Source: Candidatus Binatia bacterium
Lineage (GTDB): Bacteria > Desulfobacterota > Binatia > UBA9968
NCBI GenBank assembly: GCA_041483675.1
Contig: JBGPGE010000008.1
Span: 1,211-65,210, forward strand
DNA length: 64,000 bases
Direction of reading: 5' to 3'
Shown: positions 23,323-31,655 of the stretch, piece after piece
Layout of the letters: the number at the start of each line of letters is the position of its first letter
Numbering within the stretch: position 1 is the stretch's first letter
Notes under the pieces: generated by a model
The model's input: the letters and a program-made list of their open reading frames with translations, nothing else
Database searches by the model: none
Told to the model about the DNA's origin: nothing
Made by a program: the position numbers and the translations under genes

Positions 23323-25395
23323 TCAAGCGGTCGGAGCCGAAGGCGTAAGCGGGAACGTGACACGGAACACGGTTCCTTTTCCTCGCTCGCTGGAATAGGA
23401 AACGGCGCCTCCATGGGCTGAAATAATCTGCCGCACGATCACCAGGCCGAGTCCGGTGCCCGATTCCTTCGTCGTGACGAACGGCTCGAAGACATCGACT
23501 CCATCCGGAATCCCGACACCGCTGTCGAAGATTTCCAGGAGCACTTCCCCACCGGCCTCGCGCGCCCGCAGCGTCAACGCGCCGCCGCGCGGCATCGCCT
23601 CGGTGGAATTCTTAATCAAGTTCAAGATCGCTTGCTTGAGCTTGTCGCCGTCAGCTTGCACAAACGGCAGGTCCGGAGGAAAAACCTGCTCGACGCGGAT
23701 GCCCAGGGCGGCGCAACGACTCCTTTCAAGCTCGACGACTTCCTTAGTCACGGCGGCCAAGGAAGTCGGCCGCAAACTGTACTTATCTCGCCGCGAGAGC
23801 GAGCTGAACTCGTGAAGCAGATTGCTGAGGCGGGAAATCTCGTCCGTCAGCCTGCGCAGCGTGGACTTGGCGGGTCCGTCCAAACCTGCTCCCTCACGCC
23901 CCAGATGCCGTTCAAGAAGTTGCGCCGTGAGCGACATGCTGTTGAGCGGGTTGCCGATTTCGTGGGCCAGCTTAGCCGCGGTGGCGCCAATGGCGGCCAA
24001 ACGTTCGCTCTCGATCAATCGATCTTGGAGCTTGGATTTTTCGGAGATGTCGCGAACGAAAGCCGTATAGCGGATATCGCCTTCGGTCGCGACCTCGGTG
24101 ACCGAAAGCTCGGCGGGGAACACATCGCCGTTTTTCCTTCGCGCCGCTACGGTCCGAATGCGCCCGATGACCCGTCGCTCTCCGGTCCGCTCGTAGCGGG
24201 CGATATAGTCCTCATGCTCGCTGGCGTAAGGCTCGGCCATGAGGAGGCCGATTTTCTGTCCCTGCACTTCGCCCGTCGCGTAGCCGAAGATTTTCTCCGC
24301 CGACCGGTTGAACAGCTTGATCCTTCCCGCTCGGTCGATCGAGACCACGCCATCCTGCGTCGCCTCGATGAGAGTCTGCAGCCACGTTTCCGCTCGCGCT
24401 CGCTCGCGGACGTCGATCTCCTCGGCGCGCTTGCGCTCGGTAATGTCCATGGAGATGCCGCAGACGGCGTATAGAACGCCGGCGGAGTTGCGTAGCGGGA
24501 ATTTGTTCGAGCTATAGACGTGAAGGCCGTCGTCCTGCATGACTTGCTCCTCGAACTCAAGGGGAACTCCGGCCTCAATGGTTTTAAGATCGTTCGCCCG
24601 GTACGCATCCGCCAACTCTTTCGGGAAAATGTCGTGATCGGTTTTTCCGGCGATCTGTTCCGCGCTTAAGTGAAACAATTTTTCGTATTGGCGATTCACC
24701 AGCAGGTATCGCCCTTCCCGGTCCTTCAGGTAGATGATCCTCGTCGAGGTGTCGACGATCGCGCGCAGACGTCCCTCGCTCTCGCGCAGCGCGTGCTCGG
24801 CGCGCTTCAGCTCCAAAACCGGGCCTAGGTGACTCGCAATCATCGAGATGGTCTCGATGTGCGCCTTGTCTTCTTTGCGAAGCTCGAAGGCCCAGAACAC
24901 CAGGACAGCCACCACCCGGCCGCCCGCCATGACGGGAATGCCCAGCGAGGTCTTGAGCCCCGCCTCCTTTGCGATCTGGAAGCGGAGGTTTTCCGGAACT
25001 GCTGAAATATCTGCAATCCACTCCGGCTGCCTCGATGCCCAGACCCGGCCGGGGAGACCGATGCCCGGACCAAACGCGACGCCCTCGCTAAACAACCTAA
25101 AAGGACGGAGGCCCTCGCGGGTCGCGCAGCATACCGGCCTGAATTCCAGAATTTCTCCGGCAGAGTTCGGGACCCACGCCTCACAATGATCCCACCCCAA
25201 AGCGGCGCACACTCCCTCCAGCGTCGCCGCCAGGGCGGAATTGAAATCGGCGGCCTCGCTGACCGCTTCAGCGATTTGCAGAAAGAGCTGGAAACGGAAG
25301 TCTTCGCTCTTCGAAGGCGTGGGAGCGAGAGTGGATCTTTTTTTTGGATGGCTATGTCGGGTCGTAAGCATCCAAAACTCAATCCCGGCATTCAC
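23323..25395 (-). CDS. sensor histidine kinase (GAF, two PAS, HisKA, HATPase_c), soluble
   Basis: H-box AKLAHEIGNPLN, N/G boxes (LNLIKNSTEAM, DSGVGIP, GTGLGL), PAS S-box-like segments and an N-terminal GAF-like region. Start may be Met9. Confidence 0.9.
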   Translation of the reverse strand: MNAGIEFWMLTTRHSHPKKRSTLAPTPSKSEDFRFQLFLQIAEAVSEAADFNSALAATLEGVCAALGWDHCEAWVPNSAGEILEFRPVCCATREGLRPFRLFSEGVAFGPGIGLPGRVWASRQPEWIADISAVPENLRFQIAKEAGLKTSLGIPVMAGGRVVAVLVFWAFELRKEDKAHIETISMIASHLGPVLELKRAEHALRESEGRLRAIVDTSTRIIYLKDREGRYLLVNRQYEKLFHLSAEQIAGKTDHDIFPKELADAYRANDLKTIEAGVPLEFEEQVMQDDGLHVYSSNKFPLRNSAGVLYAVCGISMDITERKRAEEIDVRERARAETWLQTLIEATQDGVVSIDRAGRIKLFNRSAEKIFGYATGEVQGQKIGLLMAEPYASEHEDYIARYERTGERRVIGRIRTVAARRKNGDVFPAELSVTEVATEGDIRYTAFVRDISEKSKLQDRLIESERLAAIGATAAKLAHEIGNPLNSMSLTAQLLERHLGREGAGLDGPAKSTLRRLTDEISRLSNLLHEFSSLSRRDKYSLRPTSLAAVTKEVVELERSRCAALGIRVEQVFPPDLPFVQADGDKLKQAILNLIKNSTEAMPRGGALTLRAREAGGEVLLEIFDSGVGIPDGVDVFEPFVTTKESGTGLGLVIVRQIISAHGGAVSYSSERGKGTVFRVTFPLTPSAPTA

Positions 25396-25454
25396 CCTGC
25401 CGGCTTGAGCAAGCCTACTGCGTGTTCCACATGAACGTCAAGAGCCGAGTTGGC

Positions 25455-25483
25455 TTGGACGGAGATGGGAAAGATGGTAGGTA
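25455..25483 (+). promoter_or_regulatory. possible sigma70 promoter for selC (TTGGAC-N17-TAGGTA)
   Basis: Spacing counted directly. The -10 box ends 17 nt before the mature tRNA 5' end. Confidence 0.3.
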
Positions 25484-25500
25484 ACTCAGGATGCGCGCGG

Positions 25501-25595
25501 GGAGAAGGAAGAGGCCCGGTGGCTTCGCTGGTCTTCAAAACCAGTCTGGGGGTCGTAAGGTCCCCGGAGGGTTCGACTCCCTCCCTTCTCCGCCA
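25501..25595 (+). tRNA. selC: tRNA-Sec (anticodon TCA), CCA encoded
   Basis: Hand-folded: 8-bp acceptor GGAGAAGG/CCTTCTCC, 6-bp D stem GAGGCC/GGCTTC with 4-nt loop, anticodon stem CTGGT/ACCAG with loop CTTCAAA, long variable arm (GGGGG...TCCCC), T arm GAGGG-TTCGACT-CCCTC, discriminator G, then CCA. The 8/5 geometry is diagnostic of bacterial tRNA-Sec. Confidence 0.88.
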
Positions 25596-25638
25596 AGTTT
25601 ACTTTTTCGTATAAGATTATTTTTCCGTACCTGGGATT

Positions 25639-26637
25639 TTATATCGACACCTCCGTGCCGATACCTTTCGCTCGCGCAAGTCCGTAAACCCACGCGGCCA
25701 TGGCCGGATCCCAGACGGAAGAGGCCGGCACCAGGGAGGTGATAATTTCCTCATCGTTCGTCCGACCCGGCAGAACACCGGTAACCACGTCGTGGAGCTC
25801 CTGGCATTTCTCCTCAAACTCGGCGAGCCGGCCTTGAGCCTCTAAAGTTTTGAAAGGTTCCCGCGGCGGCCGATCGTGGAGCGCCTGCTCCTTCCAGGTT
25901 GAAAAGAAACGTCCTCGCTCTAAGGTCCTCACATCCACCTCGCCGGGCGCCAACGAGATCACGAGCGCGCCGGGTTGGAGCCAGTCGCCATCGTAAACCG
26001 GACGATGCGCATTGGTCGCCGCGATGAGAATATCGGCGCTCTCTACAACCTTCTTAGGCTCCTCTTCCGGCTCGACCTCGACGGAAAGGAGTGCTCCCAT
26101 ATCGTGAGCATAGCTCAGACGATGCTCCGGGTTCGGGCTGTATACTTTGATGCGCCGAAACTTGCGCACGCAGGCGACCGCCTCCGCCGCCCGCCGGGCA
26201 ATCCGTCCCGTGCCGATGACCCCCAGGGTGTCGATGCTGGAACGGGAAAGATACTTCGCCGCCACCCCGGCCGGCGCGCCGGTGCGGATGTAGTGGAGCC
26301 AGCTATCATTGATAATCGCTCTAAGCGTCATGTCTTCAAAACTAAAAAGGACGAGTAAGGCGCTGGCTTCGCCGCTTTTTCTCGGCCCTACGGTATAGGT
26401 GCGAAACCCCGCGGCGTCGAAGGCCGGCACGATCGCCGGCAATACCCTGAGTGTGCGCTCGCCAAAACCGGCGCGCCTCTGCGAATCGCCGCCCGGCGGA
26501 TACGGCAGGTGGACGCGCGGATGGTTGGTGACCTCTCCCGATGCCTGAAGATGGAAACACCTCTCGATGACCTCGATCGCGCCGGCCATCGGCGGATTCA
26601 AGGCCTTTACGTCTGCGTCGTTCAGGATCAAGACCAT
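25639..26637 (-). CDS. ornithine cyclodeaminase/mu-crystallin family protein
   Basis: Rossmann motif GVIGTGRIARRAAEAV and overall OCD-like N-terminus. Confidence 0.8.
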   Translation of the reverse strand: MVLILNDADVKALNPPMAGAIEVIERCFHLQASGEVTNHPRVHLPYPPGGDSQRRAGFGERTLRVLPAIVPAFDAAGFRTYTVGPRKSGEASALLVLFSFEDMTLRAIINDSWLHYIRTGAPAGVAAKYLSRSSIDTLGVIGTGRIARRAAEAVACVRKFRRIKVYSPNPEHRLSYAHDMGALLSVEVEPEEEPKKVVESADILIAATNAHRPVYDGDWLQPGALVISLAPGEVDVRTLERGRFFSTWKEQALHDRPPREPFKTLEAQGRLAEFEEKCQELHDVVTGVLPGRTNDEEIITSLVPASSVWDPAMAAWVYGLARAKGIGTEVSI

Positions 26638-26861
26638 AAAAAGCTAACCTCTCCTACCGATCCTTAGAGACGACCGTCGCTCCCGTCAAGCGATCGGGAA
26701 GAGGAACAGCTCCCATCCTCGTCGGCCTTCCGCCCAGCGAGTCGAACCGCATTTCACGCGCCTGTCGTGAGACGATCCTCTACCACTTTCTCAGATATTA
26801 TTGTAACCTCCCGGTGGACCCCAACTTTGCCTTTTGCCTTTGGGTTTGAGAATAGCTTGAG

Positions 26862-28226
26862 ATGGCTGACGGCGACCTGAGCGAGCTAGAAGACTACCCT
26901 CCTCCCCCAAAAAGTTGGGAGATCGAAACCGCGCCTAGAGAACGGCTGGAGAAGATCCAGGATCTGGGATTGAAGCGTCTCATCCAAAGGGCCTGGGACC
27001 ACATCCCTTTTTATCGCGAGCGCTGGGAGGCTCAGGGGATTCGCCCCGAGGAGATCCGGGAGCGCGGCGATCTCGGCAAGCTGCCGGTCGTTTGCAAGAG
27101 AGACCTGGAGGCGAGCCTCCTCGCCCATCCACCCTTCGGCAACTACCAGGGGGACTTTCCTGCGGTGCGCATCCAGGCAAGCTCGGGCAGCACGGGCCAG
27201 CCCAAGCCCTTTTTCCATACCATGCATGATTGGCAGGCCATCGCCAATTTTTGGGCCCGACGGCTTCACGCGCAGGGAGTTCAACGGGGAGATATCGTGC
27301 AGGTGGCTTTTGCCTATTCGCTCTTCATCGTTGGCTTCACATCGACCGAGGGAGCCATGAAGTTGGGCGCCCTGGTGGTCCCCACGGGAAGCGGCGCAGT
27401 CACGCCAAGCGAAAGGCAATTGAAAATCGCCCGTGACTGGGGGACGACGGTTCTGGTGGGGACTCCCTCTTACGTTTTGCACCTGGCCGATGTCGCCGAA
27501 AGGATGGGGTTCGACAGGCGAAAGGATTTCCGCTTGCGCTTGACGATCCACACCTCGGAGCCTTTGACCGAGCCGGCGCGCCGCGCCATCGAAGAGAGGT
27601 GGGGGGTCCAGGCTTATGACAATTTCGGCAGTGTCGAGACCGGGGCGCCGACGTTCGAGTGCAGGGAGAAAAACGGCTACCACATCAACGAAGACGGCTA
27701 TATTTTCGAAGTCCTCGATCCTGAAAGCTACGAGCCTGTGGCCCCCGGCCGGGACGGCGTCGTGGTCGTCACCAGCCTGTTCAAAGAGGCCGCGCCGGTC
27801 ATCCGCTACAATCTAGACGACGTCTCCTCTTTGCTGGAGGGCCCCTGCCCCTGCGGCAGGAGCACCAGGAGACTCGCCAAGGTCAAAGGGCGCGTAAGCG
27901 AGATGGTGAAAATCCGCGGCGTGGCCTTCTACCCGACGATGGTCGAGACGGTTCTCGAGAGATTGCCCGAATTGATGCGCGAATATTTCGTCGTCTTGGA
28001 TCGCGTAGGCCAACAGGATACGGTGACGGTGCAGGTGGAGTGCCGGCTGGATGGCGCGGCCGGAGCGTCTATTAAAGAAACGCTGGAACGGGAGTTGAAG
28101 GCGACCACCGGGCTTTCCATGGCGGCCGAACTCCTCGCGCCGGGCGAGCTGGCGCGCTCCATGAAAATCGAGGAGAGGATCAAAGCGAAAAGAATTTGGG
28201 ACAGGAGAGGCAAAAACGATGTCTGA
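26862..28226 (+). CDS. phenylacetate-CoA ligase-like (PaaK / coenzyme F390 synthetase family) adenylating enzyme
   Basis: IPFYRERWEAQGI, SSGSTGQPK P-loop-like motif, GYHINED, KVKGRVSEMVKIRGV. Confidence 0.85.
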   Translation: MADGDLSELEDYPPPPKSWEIETAPRERLEKIQDLGLKRLIQRAWDHIPFYRERWEAQGIRPEEIRERGDLGKLPVVCKRDLEASLLAHPPFGNYQGDFPAVRIQASSGSTGQPKPFFHTMHDWQAIANFWARRLHAQGVQRGDIVQVAFAYSLFIVGFTSTEGAMKLGALVVPTGSGAVTPSERQLKIARDWGTTVLVGTPSYVLHLADVAERMGFDRRKDFRLRLTIHTSEPLTEPARRAIEERWGVQAYDNFGSVETGAPTFECREKNGYHINEDGYIFEVLDPESYEPVAPGRDGVVVVTSLFKEAAPVIRYNLDDVSSLLEGPCPCGRSTRRLAKVKGRVSEMVKIRGVAFYPTMVETVLERLPELMREYFVVLDRVGQQDTVTVQVECRLDGAAGASIKETLERELKATTGLSMAAELLAPGELARSMKIEERIKAKRIWDRRGKNDV

Positions 28227-29649
28227 CGACACCCGGGAATTTATCGAGACCCTGCGCTCCACGGGCGATCTGCTGGAGATCGACGACGAGGTGAGCTGGG
28301 ATCTGGAGTTGGGGGCGATCAGCAGGTTGGCGTGCGAGAAGGACGGGCCGGCCCTCTGGTTCAAGCGCATCGCCGATTACCCGAAGGACGTGTCGGTGTT
28401 CGTCAATCCAATGGCGACGTGGCGTCGTGTCGCCGCGGCCTTCGGGCTCGCGCCGACCTCTTCGGTCAAGGAGATTTATCAGGAGTATGAAAGGCGCGAG
28501 GGGAAGCTGATTCCGCCCGTGACCGTCGATCGCGGTCCGTGCAAGGAAGTGCGATGGGTGGGAGACAAAATCGACCTGTTCAACCTCCCCGCTCCCATGC
28601 TGCACGAAGGAGACGGCGGACGCTATATCGGCACGTGGGATCTCGCGGTCTCTCGCGACCCGAGCACCAACTGGGTCAATTGGGGGATGTATCGTTTTAT
28701 GGTTTACGATTCGACCCATCTGACCGGCTTCCCCCGCCCTACAAGCCATCTGGGGAAGGTGTTCCAAGACCATTATGTTTCCAAGGGAAAAGCCATGCCG
28801 CTGGCGATTGTGATCGGCGCGGACCCGCTCTCTCATTTTGCCGCCGCGGCGACTTACCACCTCGGCGGCGACGAGGCCGCGCTTGCCGGCGGTCTTAAGG
28901 GAAGCCCGGTGGAGTTGATCCGCTGCGAAGCCAGCGATCTTCTCGTGCCGGCAAGGGCAGAGATTGTGATCGAGGGCGAGGCGCTGCCTGACCGAGTGGC
29001 TCTTGAGGGACCTTACGGAGAGTATCCGGGCTACCGAACCGGGGAGATGGGAAACGGCATCCTTGTTCGGGCTACCGCCGTCACGCACCGGCGCAGTCCG
29101 ATTCTTACCGTGGACGCAACCGGGTACAAGGACGACAGCTCCACCATCACCGCCATGTCGGGGGCTGTAGCCATCAAGCGCCGGCTCGAGCGCCACGGCG
29201 TCCCTGTGGTCGATGTCTACCTCCCACCGGAGGGCGCCGTGCACCTGGCGGTGATTGCAGTGCAGTTCGGCGGGAAGGAGATCGCGCGCAAAATCCTCGA
29301 GACCCTCACTTCGAGGCGGGCGCTGCTCTCCAAGATTTTCATGGTCGAGACGGATGTGGATATCTTTGACATCGGCAAGGTGCTCCACGCCTTTTCCACC
29401 AAGTGCCATCCCGCCCACGGCGTGCACGCGGTGCATTACGAAGGCCGGGCCAATACTTTGACTCCGTGTTACAGCCAGGCCGAGCGCGCCGCCCAGAAAG
29501 GGGCGACCGTGCTGTTCGATTGTACCTGGCCCGGAGAGTGGTCGAGACAATGGGAGGTCCCGGTGAAGGCCACCCTGGACTCGATCTTCCCGGAATCGAT
29601 TCGTCAGAAGGCGCTTGAGCGATGGAGGGGCTATGGCTTCAAACAGTAA
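28219..29649 (+). CDS. UbiD-family (prFMN-dependent) decarboxylase/carboxylase
   Basis: N-terminus FIETLRSTGDLLEIDDEVSWDLELGAISR, GGRYIGTW, EGPYGEYPGY motifs. 8-nt overlap with the upstream ligase gene. Confidence 0.88.
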   Translation: MSDDTREFIETLRSTGDLLEIDDEVSWDLELGAISRLACEKDGPALWFKRIADYPKDVSVFVNPMATWRRVAAAFGLAPTSSVKEIYQEYERREGKLIPPVTVDRGPCKEVRWVGDKIDLFNLPAPMLHEGDGGRYIGTWDLAVSRDPSTNWVNWGMYRFMVYDSTHLTGFPRPTSHLGKVFQDHYVSKGKAMPLAIVIGADPLSHFAAAATYHLGGDEAALAGGLKGSPVELIRCEASDLLVPARAEIVIEGEALPDRVALEGPYGEYPGYRTGEMGNGILVRATAVTHRRSPILTVDATGYKDDSSTITAMSGAVAIKRRLERHGVPVVDVYLPPEGAVHLAVIAVQFGGKEIARKILETLTSRRALLSKIFMVETDVDIFDIGKVLHAFSTKCHPAHGVHAVHYEGRANTLTPCYSQAERAAQKGATVLFDCTWPGEWSRQWEVPVKATLDSIFPESIRQKALERWRGYGFKQ

Positions 29650-29962
29650 GCGGAAGAGTTGGGAGACCTTCGTGCGGCGCCCGACGGATCTGCCGGAAGG
29701 AGTGGAGATTCCGCTCGTCCTCAGGGACTTGAATCCCGGACGCCGAAAATATGGGATGCGCCACGTCGTCGCCATAGTCGGCAAGGACGAGCATCCGGCG
29801 CAAATGGATCTTCTTTACGTGCGCACCGTGGTGGGCGTTCTTCTTCCGGAGCCAATGAGAATCAAGATCCTCCGCGAACTTCCGATCGAGCTTCCGGGGC
29901 AGGCTTACCGCGACTTTTTCGGCGCTCTGCGCGCCGCGGCAAAAGAAGCGAAGCAAAATTAA
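29633..29962 (+). CDS. small hypothetical protein, translationally coupled to the UbiD-family gene
   Basis: ATG 29633 overlaps the UbiD 3' end. No family recognised. Confidence 0.45.
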   Translation: MASNSKRKSWETFVRRPTDLPEGVEIPLVLRDLNPGRRKYGMRHVVAIVGKDEHPAQMDLLYVRTVVGVLLPEPMRIKILRELPIELPGQAYRDFFGALRAAAKEAKQN

Positions 29963-30090
29963 CGAGAAAGTTTTTTAACGAGTGAATAAGCGCGCCGGAT
30001 GTGGATCTTAGCCGGCGCCGTGAAAGGCGCTGCTCGGAGCGGGGGCCTACGACAAACGGAATTGCGCGGAGTCTGTGGGATAGAAGAAAA

Positions 30091-30122
30091 AGAAATGGGG
30101 GCGGTCGGCCGCCCCCATTTCT
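30091..30122 (-). terminator. rho-independent terminator after paralogue A1
   Basis: 14-bp perfect stem agaaatgggggcgg/ccgcccccatttct with a 4-nt loop. T-rich tract follows on the minus strand. Its core is nearly identical to the terminator at 34374-34415. Confidence 0.75.
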
Positions 30123-30143
30123 TCCACTATCGGGGATCACTGA

Positions 30144-30773
30144 TCAGGGAACGGGACAATCACTGATGATTCTGGCAGCCTCGCCCGCTTTCGCAACCTC
30201 TATCGGAACCTCCTGCAGCTCGGTTTCGCGCATATGGAGGAACCTGCGGTTGCTATTATCGCTGGTCTGCGCCACATAATGTGTGAGCCAGCCTTTGGCC
30301 CCGGCCTGAACTCTTCTGGCCGCGTCCACGGTCAGGACCTTTACGGTGAAGTCGTGGCTGTCATAAGCGGCGAACTCCTGGATCAAGTTGACCTCCGCGT
30401 ATTCGTTCCGATCGAGAGATTTAATCACGCATCCAAGCAAGAACGGCTGGCCGTTGGAAGTCGCGGCATAAGCCGCGACATAGGCCGAGAGCGAATTATT
30501 GGTCGGGTTGACCAACCGAACCACGGCCTCGACGGTGTCGGACTCGGCCAAGTTACCCCCGGCGCCATTCGTGAAGCACGCGTTGCCGAAACAGTCATGA
30601 TCCTGGCCGTTCACGGCTCCAATAAGGTAGGCGGACAGGGAGCCGCCTTTTGATGGCAAATTCAACACTGACGAAATGAGCACGGCGCCCATAGCCAGCA
30701 CACCCCCGACAGCAACCGCCGCCAGCGCCTGACTGCGGCCCCATTTTAACGATCTCAAATTAATAAACCTCAT
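30144..30773 (-). CDS. exported 4-Cys protein of unknown family, paralogue A1
   Basis: N-terminal hydrophobic anchor. Motifs GGSLSAYLIG, CFGNAC, RLVNPTNNSL, VQAGAKGWLTHYV, ELQEVPIE, C-terminal Cys. ATG 30773 with an AAGGAG RBS. Confidence 0.75.
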   Translation of the reverse strand: MRFINLRSLKWGRSQALAAVAVGGVLAMGAVLISSVLNLPSKGGSLSAYLIGAVNGQDHDCFGNACFTNGAGGNLAESDTVEAVVRLVNPTNNSLSAYVAAYAATSNGQPFLLGCVIKSLDRNEYAEVNLIQEFAAYDSHDFTVKVLTVDAARRVQAGAKGWLTHYVAQTSDNSNRRFLHMRETELQEVPIEVAKAGEAARIISDCPVP

Positions 30774-30828
30774 GCTTCGTCTCCTTCCCACGTTGAGTCA
30801 AAATTTCATCTTCCCCTCGACGACTATT

Positions 30829-31464
30829 TTAAAGACAGGTATTGGTGATTCTGAGCAGCTCAGCGTTATTATTCGCCTTGAGCGCCTCCGCTGGAACTTC
30901 CTGGAGCCGGCTGGCGCGTGAGAACAGAGCTTGAGTCTGGTCACTGCTCTCGATCACGAAATGGGTCAACGCGCCCTTTAGCCCCGCCTGCACCCTGCTG
31001 AAGTCCGAGTCCAGCACCGTCACGACCTTTACGGCGCCGAACTGTGAATCTCCATTGCCGCCGAGAATATTGTTATTCACGTATACTCGCACCGTTTCGT
31101 TGGTCGACACGGTCCTGGTGGTACAGTCAACGAACGCCCCGCTTATATCGAACAGAGCGATGACGGCGTGCAGAGCCGTCGCTGTCGGGTTGGTCAGGTC
31201 GATGGCCGCGTCCGTCCGGTGGGGCAGGAAACCCTCGCCACCGCCGGTGTCGGCACAGGCTGCACCAATGCAGCTATTACCGAAAGTACTGCGCGTCCTG
31301 AGATCGTAATAGCCCACCAGGTAGGGGCTCAGCGTCCCGCCATAGGAGGGGAAAACAAATACTTTTGTATAGATAAATCCTACGGCGAGCGTGCTCGCAA
31401 CCACTACGCTTAGCAGCATTATCAGCCTCGGCTGCCGTTTTAAAAAGTTTGCCAAAGATGCCAT
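30829..31464 (-). CDS. exported 4-Cys protein of unknown family, paralogue B1
   Basis: Anchor plus motifs GGTLSPYLVG, CIGAAC, IDLTNPTATAL, VQAGLKGALTHFV, RLQEVPAE, C-terminal Cys. GAGGAGGGG RBS. Confidence 0.75.
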   Translation of the reverse strand: MASLANFLKRQPRLIMLLSVVVASTLAVGFIYTKVFVFPSYGGTLSPYLVGYYDLRTRSTFGNSCIGAACADTGGGEGFLPHRTDAAIDLTNPTATALHAVIALFDISGAFVDCTTRTVSTNETVRVYVNNNILGGNGDSQFGAVKVVTVLDSDFSRVQAGLKGALTHFVIESSDQTQALFSRASRLQEVPAEALKANNNAELLRITNTCL

Positions 31465-31527
31465 AACTTGTCCCCTCCTCGTAATCGTCAGATTGGCTCT
31501 CCGTGAGCGGGAGCTTTGAATGTGCGC

Positions 31528-31556
31528 AACATACCTCGTGAGAAAGCGGCTGTCAA
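31528..31556 (-). promoter_or_regulatory. possible sigma70 promoter for B1-A1 (TTGACA-N17-TATGTT)
   Basis: Read on the minus strand in the 190-nt gap upstream of B1. A related TTGACA...TATGTT string with a shorter spacer lies upstream of B2 (35850-35873). Confidence 0.4.
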
Positions 31557-31655
31557 GACAAATTTTTAGCGCCTCGGCTATTCAGTATTGCGCCTTCTGG
31601 CCTCTGCGCAGCCGACACCGAACGCCCCCTCTTTTAGCCCACCGATCCTCGTATG

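Noticed and set aside
26815-26830. sigma54-like string TGGACCCCAACTTTGC upstream of the PaaK-like gene
   Set aside because: GG and GC are separated by 11 nt, not 10, and the -24 box is poor. sigma54 spacing is strict.
28180-29784. 534-aa ORF on the minus strand
   Set aside because: It is antisense to the UbiD-family gene, which has clear family motifs, so it is a shadow ORF.
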